This document shows positions 26,987 to 35,309 of a stretch of DNA of 51,831 nt, piece after piece. The position numbers and the translations under genes are program-made. The stretch covers positions 1 to 51,831 of the IMG/VR virus record IMGVR_UViG_3300007983_000342; one strand, given 5' to 3'. Within the stretch, counting starts at the first letter, position 1. Every line of letters starts with the position of its first letter. The stretch is from a virus (taxonomy: Duplodnaviria; Caudoviricetes). Below the pieces are notes generated by a model that was given only the letters and a program-made list of their open reading frames with translations, had not been told where the DNA came from and did not search any database.

Positions 26987-29169
26987 AACTTTACCCTCTC
27001 ACCAAAAATGGTGTTTCTTCTCTGAATTTTATCGTTTTCTATAGCTTGCTGTATAGCAGAGCCCTGCCCTAGTATAATAACTTTTTTCTTAGCACGAGTA
27101 AGAGCCGTGTACAAAAGATTTCTCTGCAGCATGTTTCTTCCGTGCGCCTTTATAAAAGGCAGAATGACAAGAGGGTACTCTAACCCCTGACTCTTATGGA
27201 CAGTAACCGCATAAGCTAATTTAATCATATCATTAGCCATCTTAGAAGGCATGTCGATACGCCGTTTGCCTCCTACTGAAAAATCATCTACATCTAAAAG
27301 GACATGACCAGGAGATATATTTATGACTTTGCCGATATCTCCATTGAATACGCCTAAATCATAGTTATTCTTTTTTATTATTATGCGGTCACCCTTACGT
27401 ACAATACAGCTATTAGTTCTCAACTCTTTCTTTTCTGAAGATGGTGGGTTTAAGACACTCTGCAATGCTATGTTCAAAGTCTCTACGCTTAGAGGACCAG
27501 TATTCCTGGGAGTAATAATTTGAAACCCTTGTTTTTTAGACCTAAGCTTTTCACTGTCTTTTAACTCTTTAGCAAATTTAATAATTATCTGTTCTATATT
27601 TCCAGGCCTGTTATCTCTTAAAAACCAAATATCAGCTGATTTATCTTTTTTAAATAAGGATAAGTCGGTATCGCCTTCCTTAATCTTAACCGCTTGTTTG
27701 ATAATATCTGACTGTTCAGATTGTCTGAATATAGTCGATAGAAATATAGATTTTACAGCTCCGCTATTCACCAACTCTCTTAACACACAACCAGGCCCTA
27801 CTGAAGGTAACTGATCATAATCTCCTACAAATACGAGCTTAGTGTACGGGTACAAGGCTGAAACCAACCTGTAGTATACTTCCATATCTACCATAGATGT
27901 TTCATCTACGATCACTACATCAGTGGAGTACTTCTCGTCGGCATTAGATGTCCACTCGTTACCTTTATAACCAAGCCTCCTGTGAATAGTCATCGCTGTG
28001 TGACCGGCTGTATCCCCTAATTTCTTAGCCGATATACCTGTAGGTGTGAGTAACTCGAAGGTAAGATTATTAGCTCTTAGAAGATGTACGAAAGCTTTAA
28101 GAACAGTAGTTTTACCGGTACCAGGACTCCCGGTAACTACCATAATCTTTTCATTAACAAAGGAAGTTATAGCGTCTTTTTGCTCACCGCTAAGAGTTAT
28201 ATTGTTGGAGTCCTCATACTTTTTTATAAAGTCTTCTGTAGAGATTTTGTCCATCTCTACACGAGGAGGTGTTTTCATTATCTTATGAGTTAGCCGGGCT
28301 GAGTCACTCTCAAAGAAATAAGACTCTAAGTCGTAGAATTTATTGCCTTCAACATAAACAAACCCTTCATCTCTTAGCGCCCTCAAATAAGGTTTTATGG
28401 TTTCGAAATCTATCTCTTTGCCGTCGTTAAACTGGAAGTGGACAACCCTATTATATTTGTTAAAAGCCCTAACTAAATCCGACGGAAGTAGGTATAAGTG
28501 GCCTGATGTTAAGCACTCTTTAAGAGTGCTTATGATAAAATATTTATACCTAATCTCAGCATCAGGGCCTATTTTTAACTTTTGCGCGATTGAGTCGCAA
28601 GTACTAAACCCAAAGCCTTTTTCAGTCAACTTGTATGGGTTTTCTTTTAAGATTTGCTCAGATTTAGGCCCGTAGCTGCTAATAATTTTTTTTATTTTGA
28701 ATGTTGTTAATCCCAAAGACTGCAGAAAAATACGAATATTTTTCATTTCTTTATTCTCAAGCCACGCTTCAGCTAGAGATAAAGCTGATGCTTTTCCTAT
28801 ACCTTCAACCTCACATATTCTTTCCGGGTTTTTCTCTAAAACACTGTCTAAGTCAGTACCAAATCTATCGACGATTAATTTAGATCTCTCTGGGCCGATC
28901 CATTTAGCGATAGATTGTAAATATAACCGAATACTATTAGGACTGTCGCCGTGAGCAAAGGTGTATGCGTCCGCTCTAAAACCCATACCATATTTTTTAT
29001 GCTGGGTAAATTCTCCATGAACCTCTATCTTAGTGCCAATGTATAAGTCCTGGAATTCTCCTTGCACAGATATTTTACTCTTGTCCCGCTTTTTGAGTAT
29101 AAATATCTTATAGTCACTGTCGTCCGCTTGAAAAACCAAACGGTCTATAATACCTACGATTGTTTCCAT
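26881..29169 (-). CDS. recD2: RecD2-like SF1B helicase
   Basis: N-terminal OB/HhH region, GSPGTGKTT, DETSMVD, GDYDQLPSVG, FRQ, FNGDIG, AYAVTVHKSQG, YTALTRAK. Confidence 0.95.
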   Translation of the reverse strand: METIVGIIDRLVFQADDSDYKIFILKKRDKSKISVQGEFQDLYIGTKIEVHGEFTQHKKYGMGFRADAYTFAHGDSPNSIRLYLQSIAKWIGPERSKLIVDRFGTDLDSVLEKNPERICEVEGIGKASALSLAEAWLENKEMKNIRIFLQSLGLTTFKIKKIISSYGPKSEQILKENPYKLTEKGFGFSTCDSIAQKLKIGPDAEIRYKYFIISTLKECLTSGHLYLLPSDLVRAFNKYNRVVHFQFNDGKEIDFETIKPYLRALRDEGFVYVEGNKFYDLESYFFESDSARLTHKIMKTPPRVEMDKISTEDFIKKYEDSNNITLSGEQKDAITSFVNEKIMVVTGSPGTGKTTVLKAFVHLLRANNLTFELLTPTGISAKKLGDTAGHTAMTIHRRLGYKGNEWTSNADEKYSTDVVIVDETSMVDMEVYYRLVSALYPYTKLVFVGDYDQLPSVGPGCVLRELVNSGAVKSIFLSTIFRQSEQSDIIKQAVKIKEGDTDLSLFKKDKSADIWFLRDNRPGNIEQIIIKFAKELKDSEKLRSKKQGFQIITPRNTGPLSVETLNIALQSVLNPPSSEKKELRTNSCIVRKGDRIIIKKNNYDLGVFNGDIGKVINISPGHVLLDVDDFSVGGKRRIDMPSKMANDMIKLAYAVTVHKSQGLEYPLVILPFIKAHGRNMLQRNLLYTALTRAKKKVIILGQGSAIQQAIENDKIQRRNTIFGERVKLWTKGEAASLRERYGDTSNYQNAPALKRLLSLEAK

Positions 29170-29438
29170 TAGCCCTTATTTTCTCTTTTATTCTTACCTG
29201 TAACTACGGCAGACTTACCGAACATTAGCTTATACGCATTGTTTGTACAATTCAGTATTATCAGAACTATAAATATAGAGACTATAAAAAAAACAGCAAT
29301 AACAAACCCATATACAAAATAGTTGAAAATATTAACTATTTTAGGGTCAACCACAGACCTCCATACCGCTAATCCTAAACTCAGTAAGACCGGTAATAGG
29401 AGGGTAAAGGCTATTAGGCTACGCTTTAGGGATTTCAT
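29169..29438 (-). CDS. Small membrane protein with two hydrophobic segments
   Basis: SLIAFTLLLPVLLSLGLAVW and IFNYFVYGFVIAVFFIVSIFIVLIIL; basic C-terminal tail. Confidence 0.7.
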   Translation of the reverse strand: MKSLKRSLIAFTLLLPVLLSLGLAVWRSVVDPKIVNIFNYFVYGFVIAVFFIVSIFIVLIILNCTNNAYKLMFGKSAVVTGKNKRENKG

Positions 29439-30069
29439 TACCTACCTCCACACCTTCGCCAGGCTCTTCGTCAAACTCTACAACATCTTCTATGTGCCTT
29501 CTATCGATACGAACCGCTATATATTCACCTTTGTTGTGAGTAGAGAACTTAGTACCTTCAGTGAATGCTGAACCCGCATTAACTTTTACTGCTACAATAA
29601 TATCTCCCTCTCGGTTAGCAAACTGCTTAGCAAACTCTTTAGCACTCTCAGGAGAGTCGTATAGTTTAATAAAACCTTTTGTTCGGCTTTTAATACCGGA
29701 AGTTTGCATCCTACCTACTAAATTTTTCACGGTGCCAAAATATAATGTTGAAGGCGGTTGTACGTAAGAAATACTTCTGTATTGTACATACTCTCTATCT
29801 ACTATAGATATTCTTCTTTCCCGGTCTTTAAAAAACAGCTCGATAATATGGTCTCTGTCTATGTAATCTATACGGGGATTTTTTTCCTTGAGGTATTTGC
29901 AAAGATCTTCAATCTTACACATATTACCGTTAACTTTAGGTATTATTTTAGAAATCTGACTGTCTTCGTTTTGGTGGTCTCTAAGTGTGTCTACTGTTAG
30001 AAACAAAGCCTGCATCATATCAGCGTGACTTTTAAAGAATGACGCATAAGTTTCAAATCCTGTACGCAT
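29419..30069 (-). CDS. Tpt1/KptA (RNA 2'-phosphotransferase)-fold protein with degenerate active site
   Basis: PPSTLYFGT..L...GIK....IKL......A.......VKVNA......G.KF.....G.Y....I....I follows the KptA C-terminal lobe; HGT is FGT and HLS is KLY. Confidence 0.65.
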   Translation of the reverse strand: MRTGFETYASFFKSHADMMQALFLTVDTLRDHQNEDSQISKIIPKVNGNMCKIEDLCKYLKEKNPRIDYIDRDHIIELFFKDRERRISIVDREYVQYRSISYVQPPSTLYFGTVKNLVGRMQTSGIKSRTKGFIKLYDSPESAKEFAKQFANREGDIIVAVKVNAGSAFTEGTKFSTHNKGEYIAVRIDRRHIEDVVEFDEEPGEGVEVGNEIPKA

Positions 30070-30107
30070 GTTGTCGCTCCTAGATTTTTCCTGGTTACTG
30101 TTTATTA

Positions 30108-30518
30108 CTAATTATCTTCTAAGTTGTCTGTAGTGTCTTTTTTACCTTTGTTGCCCTCTTCTATTTCTTCTGCGTCTTTTAAGTCGTTTTTAAGTTCTAT
30201 TTCTTTGTCCATTATCTTATGAACAAGATAAGACAGAAGAGCATTAACATCCTGCATCTCTTTATAGGTTTCTTCTAGCATCTTTGTTAGTATGGAGTTT
30301 CTCTTAACTAGTAAAGTCTTTTGAATATCGGGGTCGCAAGTAGAGATCGATCTCATAATGTCAGACATATGCTTGAAGTTTCTGTTGTTGAAAGTAATCT
30401 TCTTCTGCATATAAGTTTCAAGGTCTCTTGAGATGCCTTCTAAGCTAAAGGTAATCGCTGTTGTCTTGAATAGATTTTCGTTCATCTCTTCTGGATCGAA
30501 CTCTTTAGGATTGCTCAT
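30108..30518 (-). CDS. Hypothetical helical protein
   Basis: First gene of the leftward unit; GAAGGA RBS. Confidence 0.7.
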   Translation of the reverse strand: MSNPKEFDPEEMNENLFKTTAITFSLEGISRDLETYMQKKITFNNRNFKHMSDIMRSISTCDPDIQKTLLVKRNSILTKMLEETYKEMQDVNALLSYLVHKIMDKEIELKNDLKDAEEIEEGNKGKKDTTDNLEDN

Positions 30519-30521
30519 CAA

Positions 30522-30884
30522 AATTCCTTCTGTTTTTTCCTATATAGAAAACATAGCACGCTGATTAAATATACTACGTGGCATTGAAAAAATAAAACAA
30601 AAAAGGTAAAAAACTCTTCGTTAGTCATTATACTTATTTGTAATAAGTCTCTCGTCATATAGCTCTATTTAAGTTAATGCTATATATATATATATTAAAT
30701 ATATTTATATATTTATTTATTCTTCGTAGAAGAAGTAAAAGAAACTAATACTAATACAGGGGAAATACAAAAATACAAAAAACCTTAAAAACCTTATAAG
30801 TATGACCTTGTGCTATACCTAACATAACTTTTTATTTTGTTTTGCTGAACCCAATAAGTATATTACCTACGAAAGGACTTAATT
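30522..30884. promoter_or_regulatory. Divergent intergenic region with back-to-back promoter-like motifs and a pure-AT tract (possible replication origin)
   Basis: Coding strand switches here; AGTATATTT(-) at 30567-30575, AGTATATTA(+) at 30857-30865; 41 bp without G/C at 30681-30721, including (TA)7. Confidence 0.6.
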
Positions 30885-31295
30885 ATGATCGTTACCCTAA
30901 TATCTCCAGACAATCTTACTATGAGTATGTTTACAGACTTCTTCAAAACTCTGTATTCAGGGGGCAGAACACCTTATCTAATCCCTATTAACTCTAATCT
31001 TAGTGAGCAGCAAAAGAAGCATATAGTAGATGGGACTAAGAAAGAGTACGTTCCAGATAAAGATTTGATTTTCTTTACTATAAAGGTACCTAAAACTACA
31101 AAAGGTATTAAAGAGTCAGAATTGAAACAACATTATAAGAGATGCCTTTCTTCTTGTGTTGAAGATCTATCTTCTTATATTGTTGCTTTCGATATATACT
31201 CAGTTACTCCGGTAATGATTAAGGATATGTACGGCGACCTAGAACATATCCTTAAGCGCTGGGAAAGTAACTTGAAGAAGCTTGGAGATTCTTAA
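30885..31295 (+). CDS. Hypothetical protein between the 32-bp repeats
   Basis: 136 aa, AAAGGA RBS, own promoter-like motif. Confidence 0.75.
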   Translation: MIVTLISPDNLTMSMFTDFFKTLYSGGRTPYLIPINSNLSEQQKKHIVDGTKKEYVPDKDLIFFTIKVPKTTKGIKESELKQHYKRCLSSCVEDLSSYIVAFDIYSVTPVMIKDMYGDLEHILKRWESNLKKLGDS

Positions 31296-31303
31296 CCAAG
31301 CAC

Positions 31304-31548
31304 CATTCTTACTTTATAAGTAGCTTTGAGTAAGCCAGGGGGTAGACCAACCGAGTGGCTCGTGTAAGACTGCTGAAGCGAGTAAGAATGAACGTGAGAG
31401 GGGACCACGTAGAACTCCCGCAGAACATAAGTCTTTGATTTAATTACCAAAGCATTCTGTAGAACCGCCAACGGATCGCTTCCCTAGCGGGTTGTGCCTT
31501 AGGCCTTACATAATGAATACGCTATTCAAGGATTGCGTAAGCGTTATG
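31304..31548 (+). ncRNA. Candidate structured non-coding RNA (or structured DNA element)
   Basis: Intergenic stretch, visibly more GC-rich than its flanks, with consecutive helices: 31304-13/31381-90, 31333-37/31356-60, 31392-96/31406-10, 31420-25/31455-60, 31433-37/31448-52, 31465-68/31487-90, 31509-14/31543-48; G.U pairs favour the plus strand. Confidence 0.5.
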
Positions 31549-31680
31549 CATGAACAAATGATAGAAGATGAAAAAGAAGAAGTAAAAGAAACCAATACTA
31601 ATACAGAAGAAGAAAAAGAAAAATCAATCACTTACGTGATTACTCTACATTTCTAACTTTAATAGACGAGGTCCTTTGTC

Positions 31681-32679
31681 GTGTTTTTTACTAAGATAAA
31701 AGGGCATAGGGATGTTGTATCCCAATTTGCAGATTGGGTACTTAATGATAAGTTCCAGGGTACCTACCTGTTACAAGGCCCTAAAGGTGTAGGTAAGCAT
31801 ACGATATCTCAGGTATTAGCGCGATACCTCTTATGTACTGGGACTCAAGACGATTCGTGCAGATGCGAATCTTGCAGGCTTTTTCCCAACGTACCAGATT
31901 TAATGGAAGTCGACGCTGATAAGAATATAAAGGTATCCGATATAGAAAGTATGGAAAAATTTCTATCGTTGCTACCTTTTAAAAGCAATAAGCGCGTAGT
32001 TATATTAAACGACCTTGAAGAAATCTCATACGGTGCCGCCAACGGGCTTTTGAAGATTTTTGAGGATTTAAAAGAGTATGCGATTATTATATCTATCTCT
32101 AGCAACCCTCAAAAAATTTTACCTACAGTAGTTTCTAGAACTTCCCAGATAAGCTTTGGTAATCTATCCCCTGATGAGTACGTGAGTATTTTGAAGTCTA
32201 AGGGTTTTTCTAACAACAATCTTAGCAAACTTAAAAGAGCAGTGCCTTATTTAACTGGTAGCATCCTTAGCGACTACAATACTTATTTAGAAGAGTTAAA
32301 AAGCGTGCCCTCCTTTGTCGGTAGATTACATAAAATGGATGAGGATGATTTGATAGCTCTTATTAACCAGAAGGAACAAGAGCAAAGCCTTCTTCCTTTT
32401 GTAGAGGCGTATATATTATATTTAAACGATATAATGAAAATGCACTATGACGGTGTAGAGGCTCTTGTGTATGAAGGTAATTTTGATGAGTTGGTAGAAG
32501 CTCAAAATTTATTTTCAGATGAGCTATGTCTTTGTTCGATTGAGAAAGTAAGAAAATCTTTGGAGCAGTACAATCGAGGAGTTAATGTAAACCTAAAGAC
32601 TAGAGTATTATCTGCTTTTCTATGGTCGTATACATTAATACAAGCTGAAAAGGCAAAGAAGAAGAATGAATCTAAGTAG
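31681..32679 (+). CDS. holB: Clamp loader delta-prime subunit
   Basis: GHRDV, YLLQGPKGVGK, C..C.C..C Zn module, AANGLLKIFE, ILPTVVSR. Confidence 0.85.
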   Translation: MFFTKIKGHRDVVSQFADWVLNDKFQGTYLLQGPKGVGKHTISQVLARYLLCTGTQDDSCRCESCRLFPNVPDLMEVDADKNIKVSDIESMEKFLSLLPFKSNKRVVILNDLEEISYGAANGLLKIFEDLKEYAIIISISSNPQKILPTVVSRTSQISFGNLSPDEYVSILKSKGFSNNNLSKLKRAVPYLTGSILSDYNTYLEELKSVPSFVGRLHKMDEDDLIALINQKEQEQSLLPFVEAYILYLNDIMKMHYDGVEALVYEGNFDELVEAQNLFSDELCLCSIEKVRKSLEQYNRGVNVNLKTRVLSAFLWSYTLIQAEKAKKKNESK

Positions 32680-33601
32680 GGATATAATAGAAAAAGGTAA
32701 TAACAAGATACTTGTAGCTTCAAAAGAACCCTTCCTGATAAACGAGTGCGTAGAAAAGATACGTTCTATTTTTAAGGACTACGCATACAAAATGTGCCCG
32801 GATATCGATGCTTTTTTGGAGGTGTATCATCGCGGTGAGCTGTTTGATAGCCAGCCCACAATTATCTGTCTTTGGGACTTGGACGCTATTGCCGTGAAAG
32901 AACTTTATAATATAACTAATCTTCCAACTAACGATATCCTCGTTTTCATAGAGCGTAAAACACTGGCTAAAAATAAGGCATATACTAATTTTAGATCAGA
33001 GTGTCATTTAGTTAAGATCGAAGCTATGACCGATAGAGACTGCCTGAAGTGGGTCTCTTCTAGGATGGTAGCTAAGAATCTCAGGTTTGACCGTGATATT
33101 CCGAAGATTTTAGTAGATATGAAATCTAGTGACCTCCATGCGATAGACTCTGAGATTAGAAAGCTAGAAATAATTTATGAGGACAAGGAAATAGATAAAA
33201 CGGCTGTTAGGTATATCTCGGAGTCTAGTGAAGCCAAGGTCTTTGAGTTTATGGAGCACCTGCTTCATAAAAGAAGAGACAAAGCTTTAAAAGAGTTTCA
33301 CAAGTTTTCAGAAGATTACTATGTTAAGCTTATATTTATGGTTATTAATAATATAGAAAAGATATACAAGATCGGAGCATACCGTTCACAGAATAAGTCC
33401 GCTGAAGAGATATCAGACTTAATAGGTATAAACAAATTCATAGTTAAAACTAAATACTTTACTGTCCTGTCCATTTACAATAAAGTCAAACTTTTAAAGC
33501 TATTGGACTTATTCAATGAACTGGATTTTAAGCTTAGAACTAGCTCTATGCCGAAAAGGTTGTTATTCGAGGCCTACATATTAAAAGCATTCAATGTTTG
33601 A
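32666..33601 (+). CDS. holA: Clamp loader delta subunit
   Basis: EPFLI, ELF, WV, DL....EI.KL, VFEF, IGINKFIVK, D.KLRT; coupled to holB. Confidence 0.75.
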   Translation: MNLSRDIIEKGNNKILVASKEPFLINECVEKIRSIFKDYAYKMCPDIDAFLEVYHRGELFDSQPTIICLWDLDAIAVKELYNITNLPTNDILVFIERKTLAKNKAYTNFRSECHLVKIEAMTDRDCLKWVSSRMVAKNLRFDRDIPKILVDMKSSDLHAIDSEIRKLEIIYEDKEIDKTAVRYISESSEAKVFEFMEHLLHKRRDKALKEFHKFSEDYYVKLIFMVINNIEKIYKIGAYRSQNKSAEEISDLIGINKFIVKTKYFTVLSIYNKVKLLKLLDLFNELDFKLRTSSMPKRLLFEAYILKAFNV

Positions 33602-33614
33602 TAATCTATTCATT
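33599..33614 (+). promoter_or_regulatory. Putative late-promoter motif variant TGATAATCTATTCATT
   Basis: Matches the core ATAATCTATTCAT of the recurrent motif; intergenic. Confidence 0.4.
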
Positions 33615-33628
33615 ATTAGTATTTTTGT

Positions 33629-33931
33629 ATGAGTGATAATAAATATAAAGTCGATATCGATAACGCGCGTATAAGGGAGTCTGTTGTAGAGGCTATACGC
33701 GTTATTAACGAGTACTACGGAAAAGACTATATTCAACAAGATAAGGTTTTACATCAATTAAATAAAATTCTAAGTAGTGGGGTGGTGTCTGTGATGTTCT
33801 TTCTAGACATGCAAAACGAAAAAATCCCCGACCTGCAGATGACTGTGGAGCCTAGAAGAAAAAGGTTTCTATTAAGGTCTAGATATAAAAAGAGGATAAA
33901 GCCTCTTAACCATTTTGTGAGGGTGTTGTGA
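33629..33931 (+). CDS. Hypothetical protein
   Basis: 100-aa ORF with GTGA overlap to the next gene. Confidence 0.65.
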   Translation: MSDNKYKVDIDNARIRESVVEAIRVINEYYGKDYIQQDKVLHQLNKILSSGVVSVMFFLDMQNEKIPDLQMTVEPRRKRFLLRSRYKKRIKPLNHFVRVL

Positions 33932-34404
33932 GAGTAGAACCTTTGTTTGTAAGATTTTCTAACAAAGTAACAGGCGCAGATGGTGTTGTGAAGTCTTTCA
34001 TAAATAACACCGAGCATAGCAAATCTATTAAAATTGCTAGGGAGGCACTAGATAATGTGCCAGACCTCTCTGTGTTTAGAAAAGATTTTAGGAACGCGCT
34101 CGAAGATTTAATAGATAACGGTATAAACGGTCAATTCACGAATTATTTAAACTGTTACATGAAACCATCCTTGAGTGAAGTGTTAGAAGGTGATGGTAGA
34201 AATACGACCGGAGAAAAGAGATGGGTTATTATTAGAGACGCGGACGCTCCTTGGATAGAGGCGCTCATATGTTACAACCTTACGTTATATATAAAGGCAT
34301 ACGGTTTTAAGGAGCTTAAGAAATGCCCGGTATGCACTAAGTTTTTTACTAACAAAGGTAAGTACTCAAAGTATTGTTCTGAGCTGTGTAAGGGTAAAAA
34401 ATGA
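33928..34404 (+). CDS. CGNR-like zinc-finger protein
   Basis: C-terminal LKKCPVCTKFF......KYCSELC. Confidence 0.7.
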   Translation: MRVEPLFVRFSNKVTGADGVVKSFINNTEHSKSIKIAREALDNVPDLSVFRKDFRNALEDLIDNGINGQFTNYLNCYMKPSLSEVLEGDGRNTTGEKRWVIIRDADAPWIEALICYNLTLYIKAYGFKELKKCPVCTKFFTNKGKYSKYCSELCKGKK

Positions 34405-34919
34405 GTGAAGTTGTTATTGCTTTTTGCTTACAAAAATCATACTTTAACCCTAAAGGCACGTGCTACTTAGGAGATGCTGCTGATACTCTAAAAGTAAGAC
34501 TTGTAGATTATTTAAAGTCGGCCAAGAAAAATAACAGTATAATATATATGGTAAGGGAAATACATTCTAAAGAAGATAAATTTTTCATGGCCGGAAAGAC
34601 GCACTCACTAGTTGGTAGTGTAGATGTGGAGATACCTGAGGCATTTAAGCCTTATCTAAAATTGATAATAAATACTACAACATATAACTCACTATATAAG
34701 ACTGCACTAGATTCAGAGCTAAATAAGATAAAGCCTAGTAAGATTAGCTTAGTGGGTCTTCAAACGCACACATTCGTAATGTTCACGGCTGAGGAACTTA
34801 GGAATAGAGGTTACAGCGTATCCCTGATTGAGCCTCTAACTATGGCTGAAGATGACTATTTACATGCTTTGGGTATAACAATACTCAAAAACTATTTGGC
34901 TGTGAACATTGTTCAGTGA
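34401..34919 (+). CDS. Isochorismatase/nicotinamidase-fold protein lacking the catalytic triad
   Basis: LQKSYF.P.G, E.H, H...G, YNSLY.T.L, LVGLQT..V..TA....RGY follow the PncA fold; the D/K/C triad positions read C/T/F. Confidence 0.75.
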   Translation: MSEVVIAFCLQKSYFNPKGTCYLGDAADTLKVRLVDYLKSAKKNNSIIYMVREIHSKEDKFFMAGKTHSLVGSVDVEIPEAFKPYLKLIINTTTYNSLYKTALDSELNKIKPSKISLVGLQTHTFVMFTAEELRNRGYSVSLIEPLTMAEDDYLHALGITILKNYLAVNIVQ

Positions 34920-34927
34920 GGTAAAAA

Positions 34928-35248
34928 ATGACTCTATTTGAATTTTTAATAAAGTGCCCTGTATGTAATTCTGAGACTAAAGTTATAGCCTATGAGTCTA
35001 ACCCTCTTATTTTTGAGTGCGGTGGTTGCCGTAAAAACGTAGTCATGCAAGGAACTAACTTATACACTGTTTCTAATGAGTGTGTCTCTAAAATAACTAA
35101 AAGCCACAAGACACTACCTTGTGGTCAGGTAGTTTCTACTAAACTAAGTGAAGAAGCTAAGAATGTCATAACAAAAGAAAAGGTAGATTTCATCAAAGCA
35201 GCTTTATACAGCTCTAATGATGTAAATGATTTTTTAAATAGTATTTAG
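34928..35248 (+). CDS. Zinc-ribbon protein
   Basis: CPVC...CGGC; GAGG RBS. Confidence 0.7.
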   Translation: MTLFEFLIKCPVCNSETKVIAYESNPLIFECGGCRKNVVMQGTNLYTVSNECVSKITKSHKTLPCGQVVSTKLSEEAKNVITKEKVDFIKAALYSSNDVNDFLNSI

Positions 35249-35309
35249 TATCCTTAGGAATTATCAAAAAGTACTTCTATTTTACCCTCTACAATACTAT
35301 ATTACTTAC

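Larger units (their letters stand above)
30728..31606 (+). repeat. 32-bp direct repeat pair (30728-30759 and 31575-31606)
   Basis: AGAAGAAGTAAAAGAAAC(T/C)AATACTAATACAG, 31/32 identical. Confidence 0.9.

Noticed and set aside
29169-29438. Holin call for the two-TM protein
   Set aside because: Topology fits, but it is 22 kb from the amidase, inside the recombination operon, and has no diagnostic motif.
31330-31425. IS200/IS605 (TnpB/IscB) element or OMEGA RNA call
   Set aside because: Only faint motif resemblance; no TnpA, TnpB or IscB ORF and no typical terminal hairpin, so it is kept only as an unclassified structured element.
31513-31656. 47-aa ORF MNTLFKDCV...ITLHF spanning the second 32-bp repeat
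   Set aside because: No clear RBS, low-complexity product, and the first repeat copy is not in an equivalent ORF; translation cannot be fully excluded.
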